Shown here in pieces: positions 58,467 to 64,000 of a stretch of DNA of 64,000 nt. Origin of the DNA: an uncultured Spirochaetota bacterium (GTDB lineage: Bacteria > Spirochaetota > Brevinematia > Brevinematales > JAOACQ01); the NCBI GenBank assembly GCA_963768055.1, contig CAVYGN010000001.1, forward strand, positions 1,600,001 to 1,664,000, read 5' to 3'. The stretch's first letter is position 1. Each line of letters starts with the position of its first letter. Under the pieces are notes generated by a model, which saw only the letters and a program-made list of their open reading frames with translations, did no database searches and was not told the DNA's origin. The position numbers and the translations under genes were made by a program.

Positions 58467-59723
58467 ATGGCCGCTGGAGTCTTCAGTCTCATCCGGTTCA
58501 GGAAAGGGGCTTATATTCTTATGGAAGGTCAGCCCGAAAATAAAGATTTCTATATAATCAAAAATGGGGCGGTCAGGGTAAGCAGTACGATCAATTTCTC
58601 GGAAAAACAATCTAAAGACGGTACTGTAGTCCTTAATCCCGGAGATTTCTTCGGTGTAATTTCCTGTATGGCAAGGCGTCCCAATCTGGAAACGGTTTCA
58701 GCCGAAGAAGAAACCATGGCTGTAGCAGTACCCAGTAATAAATTCGGCCTATTGATTGAAAATAGTCCGGCTATAGCAATGAAAATCATCCGTTATTTCA
58801 GCCGCCTGCTGAGATATTACGACTCTTTTTTATCAGGAATGATTTCTAAAACCTCCTTACCGGGTATTGATGAGGACTGTCCGGACAGCTTGTTCCAGCT
58901 TGGAGAATATTTCTTAAAAAAAGGGAATCCTCCGTATGCCGGCTACGCATATCTTCAATTCATCAGTGCGCTGCCGGACAGCCCGAACTGCGACAGGGCA
59001 AGGGAAAGGCTGCAGAAGATAGATAAATCATCCATAAAAATCTCTCCTAAAAAAGATGGAAATATCTTCATTTATGACAGCAAGCAGGTAATATTCCTTC
59101 AGGGTGAAACCGGCCATGCCCTGTATGTGATCCAGGAAGGCGAGGTAAAAATTACAAGATTTTACAACGACCAGGAGATACTGTTAGGGGTCCTGAAAAA
59201 AGGAGATATTTTTGGAGAAATGGCTATTCTGGAAGATAAGCCGAGAAATGCAAACGCTTTTGCCAACGACGGGCTTAAATTAATGCTTATCACAAAACAG
59301 AATTTCGATTTTGTCGTTCATAATTATCCGCAGATTGCTACAAAAATTATTGAAATGCTTTCGGACAGGATCTGGATCATATACCGCCAGATGATCAACA
59401 TGCTTATAACAAATCCCGAAACCAAGTTATACGATGCATTATACACACAGCTTCTGAAAAACAGGGTATCCCTTGGGAAAAGGCCCTACACTTTCGATTT
59501 CGGAGCCGAGGATCTTCTGAAATTCTCCGGGATGCTGGATGAAGAAGGCTGGGCAATGTGGAAAAACCTCAAGCAGAGCGATAGAGATATCGGCGTTTCA
59601 CCCGAAGGGAAAATAGTATATGAGGATATTTCGCATATCGAGCACAAGATCAATAAAATCCTCAGGCAGAGGGAAATAAATGAAAACTTGATGTCAAAAG
59701 CCCAGGAAGACGGGGGGCTTTGA
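58467..59723 (+). CDS. Tandem cyclic-nucleotide-binding domain protein with central TPR
   Basis: Two cNMP domains (PGDFFG...RP; GDIFGEMA...PRNA) flanking a TPR-like helix pair; ATG 58467 has a GAGG RBS and lies downstream of the promoter. Confidence 0.88.
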   Translation: MAAGVFSLIRFRKGAYILMEGQPENKDFYIIKNGAVRVSSTINFSEKQSKDGTVVLNPGDFFGVISCMARRPNLETVSAEEETMAVAVPSNKFGLLIENSPAIAMKIIRYFSRLLRYYDSFLSGMISKTSLPGIDEDCPDSLFQLGEYFLKKGNPPYAGYAYLQFISALPDSPNCDRARERLQKIDKSSIKISPKKDGNIFIYDSKQVIFLQGETGHALYVIQEGEVKITRFYNDQEILLGVLKKGDIFGEMAILEDKPRNANAFANDGLKLMLITKQNFDFVVHNYPQIATKIIEMLSDRIWIIYRQMINMLITNPETKLYDALYTQLLKNRVSLGKRPYTFDFGAEDLLKFSGMLDEEGWAMWKNLKQSDRDIGVSPEGKIVYEDISHIEHKINKILRQREINENLMSKAQEDGGL

Positions 59724-61147
59724 TGGGCGTCTATAACAATCCGCTTGAAACAAGGTATGCGTCAGCTGAAATGCTGGAGCTTTTTTCGGAAGAAACGAAG
59801 TTCCTGACATGGCGGGACTGCTGGATCGCCCTGGCAGAGGTTGAAAAAAAACTCGGGCTCAATATTACTTCCGGACAACTGGAAGACCTCCGGGTTAACA
59901 GGAGCAATCTAAATATTGAAAGAGCCAGGGAGATTGAAAAAGAGATCCATCATGATGTGATGAGCCATATCCGGGCTTACGGAGAAGCCGCTCCCAGCGC
60001 AGGGGGTATTTTACACCTCGGAGCTACTTCGGCCTTTGTGACTGATAATACCGATATGATAATTTTCAGGAAAGCCCTGTTCCTGGTAAAAAAACGCCTG
60101 GTTACCCTGATCGGGACATTGAAAAACAAGTGCATGGAATACAAGGGATTACCGGTGCTGGGGTACACCCATCTCCAGCCTGCACAGCCTACGACCCTCG
60201 GCAAGCGCTTCAGTCTCTGGCTGTACGACCTCTTTCTCGACTTTAACGAACTTGAACGCCTCATATCCGGACTTACAGCGCTCGGGGTTAAAGGAACAAC
60301 CGGCACACAGGCGAGTTTTATGGAACTCTTCGATAATAACGACGAAAAGGTAAAACAGCTCGATAAACTTGTTGCGAAGAAATTGGGTTTTAAAAAAAGT
60401 ATACCGGTCAGCGGCCAGACGCTGACAAGAAAATACGATGTCCGGATCCTGGAAGTCCTTTCCGGTATCGCCCAGTCGGCTCACCGTGCGGCTAACGACA
60501 TTAGAATGCTCCAGCATAGTTCGCAGCTCGAAGAACCTTTCGATAAAAAACAGGTCGGATCTTCCGCAATGCCTTATAAACGGAATCCTATCCTTGCCGA
60601 AAGGATGACTTCCCTTGCGCGTTATCTTATGAACGACGTTCAGAACGCCGTATATACCTATTCATGCCAGTTCCTCGAAAGAACGCTCGATGATTCGGCT
60701 AACCGCCGTATTTCCATGGCCGAGGGCTTTCTCGCCGCGGATTCAATCCTGATCATATACCAGAAATTGATCGGCGGGCTTAATGTTTATCCTGAAGTCA
60801 TAAAAGCCCATCTCAAGAACAATCTCCCGTTTTTCGCAACGGAAAATATTTTAATGAAAGCGGTTAAAAAAGGAGGCGACAGGCAGGAACTCCATGAAGC
60901 CGTACGCTCTTTCGCAATGAAAGCTGTCGAAGCGGCAAGAAAAGGACTGCATTACGACATGCTCTCCGAGATGAAAAATAGCGGCATGTTCAAATTGACG
61001 GATAAAGAATGGAATACCGTTTCAGATTACAGCATTTATACAGGAAGGGCTGAAAAACAGGTGGAAGAATTCGTCAGTGAATACATCGACCCTATTTTGA
61101 ATGAAAATAAAGATTTTCTAGGTTCGAAAGCCGAGATACGGGTCTGA
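59720..61147 (+). CDS. purB: Adenylosuccinate lyase
   Basis: HHDVM, HLGATS, GYTHLQPAQ, GSSAMPYKRNP, ERTLDDSA. Confidence 0.96.
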   Translation: MMGVYNNPLETRYASAEMLELFSEETKFLTWRDCWIALAEVEKKLGLNITSGQLEDLRVNRSNLNIERAREIEKEIHHDVMSHIRAYGEAAPSAGGILHLGATSAFVTDNTDMIIFRKALFLVKKRLVTLIGTLKNKCMEYKGLPVLGYTHLQPAQPTTLGKRFSLWLYDLFLDFNELERLISGLTALGVKGTTGTQASFMELFDNNDEKVKQLDKLVAKKLGFKKSIPVSGQTLTRKYDVRILEVLSGIAQSAHRAANDIRMLQHSSQLEEPFDKKQVGSSAMPYKRNPILAERMTSLARYLMNDVQNAVYTYSCQFLERTLDDSANRRISMAEGFLAADSILIIYQKLIGGLNVYPEVIKAHLKNNLPFFATENILMKAVKKGGDRQELHEAVRSFAMKAVEAARKGLHYDMLSEMKNSGMFKLTDKEWNTVSDYSIYTGRAEKQVEEFVSEYIDPILNENKDFLGSKAEIRV

Positions 61148-63783
61148 TGGACAGCATTCAAATGACCCCTATGGTCAGACAATATAACGATATTAAATCA
61201 CGCCACCGAGATAAGATCCTCCTGTTCCGGGTCGGTGATTTTTATGAGATGTTCTTCGACGACGCCAAAGAAGCGGCGAGGGTTCTCAATATAGCCCTTA
61301 CCTCGCGCAACGATATGCCCATGGCCGGTTTTCCCCACCATGCGTCATCTCAGTATATTCAAAGACTCATCGCTGCCGGGAAAAAGGTGGCTATTTGCGA
61401 ACAGCTCGAGGACCCGTCAAAGGCAAAGGGGCTTGTTAAACGGGATATCGTCAGCATAGTCACTCCGGGGACCCTTATCGACGAAAATTATCTGGGGAAA
61501 AAACAGAACAACTTCCTGCTCTCTTTATACAGCGAAGACGGAAATATCGGCCTTACATTTTTTGACGTCTCGACGGGAGACCTTTACTCGCTTTCAAAAA
61601 ACGGCGGGAAATCGCCATCGGACACCTTGCGTATCCTTCAGGATGAGATCGAGAAATTTTCTCCCTCGGAAATCATATTTAACGGAAAATTAAAAGCCGA
61701 GCATGGGCTTTTTCACGAACTTGAAGGGACGGGGGTCCTCCATGAGGCTTTCCCCGAATGGTATTTCGGTAACTTTTTAGATTCAGACAGGTTTCTTGTT
61801 CTCCCTGACGGGGCGGCCGGCGATCCCCTGATAAAAAAAAGCATCCTGGGCGCTTTCCACTACATTTCCGAAACCAGGGGGGAAAACCCGGAAAGCGATA
61901 ACACCGTCCTTTTTAAAAATCTCCAGGTATCGCTTGACTCTATCCATATAATCAGCGGTAAAAATACCGTCGAGCTCGATGATTTTACCATAAGAAACCT
62001 TGAACTTGTTAAAAATATGCAGGACGGCGGGAAAAAATATACCCTTCTCGATATTCTCGACAGTACCATGACCCCTATGGGAGGAAGACTGCTCAGGCAA
62101 TGGATTTTAATGCCCCTGTACGACTCGAAGGAAATTTATGAAAGACAGAACTGCATTGAGGCATTTTTTGACAATGGAATGCTCGTATCGGAAATAAGGG
62201 CGGTCCTTGAAAAAATAAGCGATATAGAAAGGCTTTCATCCAGGATAGCCCTTAGAAGGGTAATCCCGAAGGAGTTGATTTCACTGTCATTTTCTTTGAA
62301 GCAATCCTTGATCATAAAGTCACGGCTCACCAGGGAGGCCGATCTGAAGCATCTTGGAGAACGGCTTGACGATCTAAGCAAAATATGCACGCTTATCGAC
62401 TCGTCAATAATTGAAGAACCGTCATCGACTTTCGGCGGCGATGTAATTAAGGCCGGGTTTAATGAAGAACTCGATTCAATCCGCGCAGTAATGCGCGAGG
62501 GAAGGGATTTCATACTTAAGCTCCAGGAAAGCGAGAGAATAAAAACCGGTATATCTTCGCTGAAGATCAAATACAACAACATCTTCGGTTACTTCATAGA
62601 GATAAGCAAGGCAAATACGGACAGCGTGCCCGGGCATTACATCAGGAAACAAAGCCTCGTAAACGCAGAGCGCTATACAATCCCCGAACTTTCCGAACAC
62701 GAAGCGAAAATAAACAGCGCATCGGAAAAAGTCATGAAACTTGAAGAGGAAATTTTCAACCTCGTAGTGGAAGAAATTTCTGAAAACTCAAGGCTCCTTC
62801 AGAAATTAGCGCATACGGTCGCCATCATTGACGTTTACTCGAATTTCGCGCTCATAGCAAGGGAAAACGATTATACCAAGCCCCTGATAAACGACGGCGC
62901 CGAATTCTACATAAAGGACGGAAGGCATCCTGTTGTCGAAAAGTACCTGGGCAGAAATCTTTTCGTTCCCAACGATACCCTGCTTGACGACGAAGATAAC
63001 AGGATAATTATTCTGACCGGCCCGAACATGGCGGGAAAATCCACCTATTTGCGTCAAAACGCATTGATCGCCCTTATGGCCCAGGTCGGCAGCTATGTTC
63101 CGGCAAGGGAAGCGCGGATCGGGATGGTAGACAGGATATTCACGAGGATCGGGGCTTCCGACAACCTTGCCCTCGGCAGGTCCACATTCCTGGTGGAAAT
63201 GCAGGAAGCGGCAAACATCATTCACGGATCGAGTTCTAAAAGCCTTATAATAATGGATGAACTGGGGCGCGGTACATCGACATACGATGGGCTTTCGATA
63301 GCCTGGTCGGTTATAGAATACCTTCATGACCATAACACGAATACGGGCAGGACCCTGTTTGCGACTCATTATCATGAGCTCACCAGGCTGGGCGGGAAAA
63401 AGGGGATCAGGAATTACAATATAGCCGTAAGGGAATACGGCGACGAACTTATATTTCTACGGAGGGTTATCGAAGGCCCTTCCGACAGAAGCTACGGCAT
63501 TTACGTGGCAAGGCTTGCAGGGATCCCCCTTGAAATAATCGATAGGGCTAAGATCATACTCGAAACGCTTGAGGCCGAAGGCGACAAGGCCGGAGAGAGA
63601 ATAGAAACTATATTCGACAAAAAATACAGGAAGCCCTGCGAGAGAAAATCGTCTTCGGAAATCGGGCTTTTTGCAGACCCCTCGTATAAGAATGTAATCG
63701 ATAAAATTCAGAACATCGATATAAACAGAATAACACCCCTGGAAGCTATAGCTTTTCTCGCTGAAATAAAAAAACTGGTTTGA
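61147..63783 (+). CDS. mutS: DNA mismatch repair protein MutS
   Basis: TPMVRQY, GDFYE, GRHPVVE, TGPNMAGKST, STFLVEM, DELGRGT, FATHYHEL. Confidence 0.98.
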   Translation: MDSIQMTPMVRQYNDIKSRHRDKILLFRVGDFYEMFFDDAKEAARVLNIALTSRNDMPMAGFPHHASSQYIQRLIAAGKKVAICEQLEDPSKAKGLVKRDIVSIVTPGTLIDENYLGKKQNNFLLSLYSEDGNIGLTFFDVSTGDLYSLSKNGGKSPSDTLRILQDEIEKFSPSEIIFNGKLKAEHGLFHELEGTGVLHEAFPEWYFGNFLDSDRFLVLPDGAAGDPLIKKSILGAFHYISETRGENPESDNTVLFKNLQVSLDSIHIISGKNTVELDDFTIRNLELVKNMQDGGKKYTLLDILDSTMTPMGGRLLRQWILMPLYDSKEIYERQNCIEAFFDNGMLVSEIRAVLEKISDIERLSSRIALRRVIPKELISLSFSLKQSLIIKSRLTREADLKHLGERLDDLSKICTLIDSSIIEEPSSTFGGDVIKAGFNEELDSIRAVMREGRDFILKLQESERIKTGISSLKIKYNNIFGYFIEISKANTDSVPGHYIRKQSLVNAERYTIPELSEHEAKINSASEKVMKLEEEIFNLVVEEISENSRLLQKLAHTVAIIDVYSNFALIARENDYTKPLINDGAEFYIKDGRHPVVEKYLGRNLFVPNDTLLDDEDNRIIILTGPNMAGKSTYLRQNALIALMAQVGSYVPAREARIGMVDRIFTRIGASDNLALGRSTFLVEMQEAANIIHGSSSKSLIIMDELGRGTSTYDGLSIAWSVIEYLHDHNTNTGRTLFATHYHELTRLGGKKGIRNYNIAVREYGDELIFLRRVIEGPSDRSYGIYVARLAGIPLEIIDRAKIILETLEAEGDKAGERIETIFDKKYRKPCERKSSSEIGLFADPSYKNVIDKIQNIDINRITPLEAIAFLAEIKKLV

Positions 63784-63811
63784 TAATATTTAATGCCGAT
63801 CGGAGGATAAA

Positions 63812-64000
63812 ATGCGGAATGCATTACTGGTATTGCCTTTGTTAATATTGCTTTTTACAGGATCATGCTCTTTAACTCCCGGCAACGGAAACAACAGCGG
63901 CGGCGGCGGAACCTCAAGTTCCCAGGGCAGCGGGCTGGCAATGACGCCGCAAATGGGGTGGAACAGCTGGAATGTTTTCGGGGGCAATATAAATGAAGTA
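63812..64000 (+). CDS. GH27 alpha-galactosidase-like lipoprotein (5' part; runs off window)
   Basis: Not in the ORF track. GGAGG RBS, then MRNALLVLPLLILLFTGSC (lipobox), a Gly/Ser linker, and GLAMTPQMGWNSWN, the GH27 N-terminal signature. Confidence 0.88.
   Translation, partial: MRNALLVLPLLILLFTGSCSLTPGNGNNSGGGGTSSSQGSGLAMTPQMGWNSWNVFGGNINEV

Noticed and set aside
63790..63987. 65-aa minus-strand ORF
   Set aside because: Antisense shadow of the GH27 lipoprotein gene.

Overview
A 64-kb bacterial chromosomal segment. A spirochaete-like anaerobe is suggested by the tandem cNMP-domain protein and the lipobox style, but this is inference only. About 50 kb is a large surface-glycan locus: GT2/GT4/GT10 glycosyltransferases, rmlC-D-B, wzm/wzt, wzx, two tandem Wzy/WaaL-like paralogs, GtrA/GtrB, two large GT-C-like membrane proteins, and a CDP-3,6-dideoxysugar pathway extended by a ThDP enzyme, a NeuB-like synthase and a HAD phosphatase. 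Two blocks are embedded in it. (i) A minus-strand sulfur block: cysteine desulfurase, orphan ABC ATPase, HypB-like GTPase, Fe-S protein, then Rrf2 regulator, a PstSCAB-like transporter and cysC-cysD-cysN, with a divergent sulfotransferase. (ii) An AT-rich conflict island (about 32.5-40.4 kb) with two paralogous secreted proteins (one split by a complete IS21 element with a 7-bp target duplication), an orphan RHS core/toxin module with a putative immunity gene, and two toxin-antitoxin pairs whose toxins are decayed. The right end is housekeeping: lytic transglycosylase, rnr, rnpB, LysM/M23 protein, sugar ABC ATPase, cNMP protein, purB, mutS, and the start of a GH27 lipoprotein missed by the ORF track. 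The best candidates for undescribed systems are: a Pst-family transporter that has lost the phosphate-selective ligands and appears repurposed for sulfate, feeding PAPS to a glycan-capping sulfotransferase; a scaffold-less desulfurase + ATPase + GTPase + Fe-S module; and a NeuB/HAD/ThDP route to a long-branched dideoxysugar. All calls come from motif reading only; no database searches were run.
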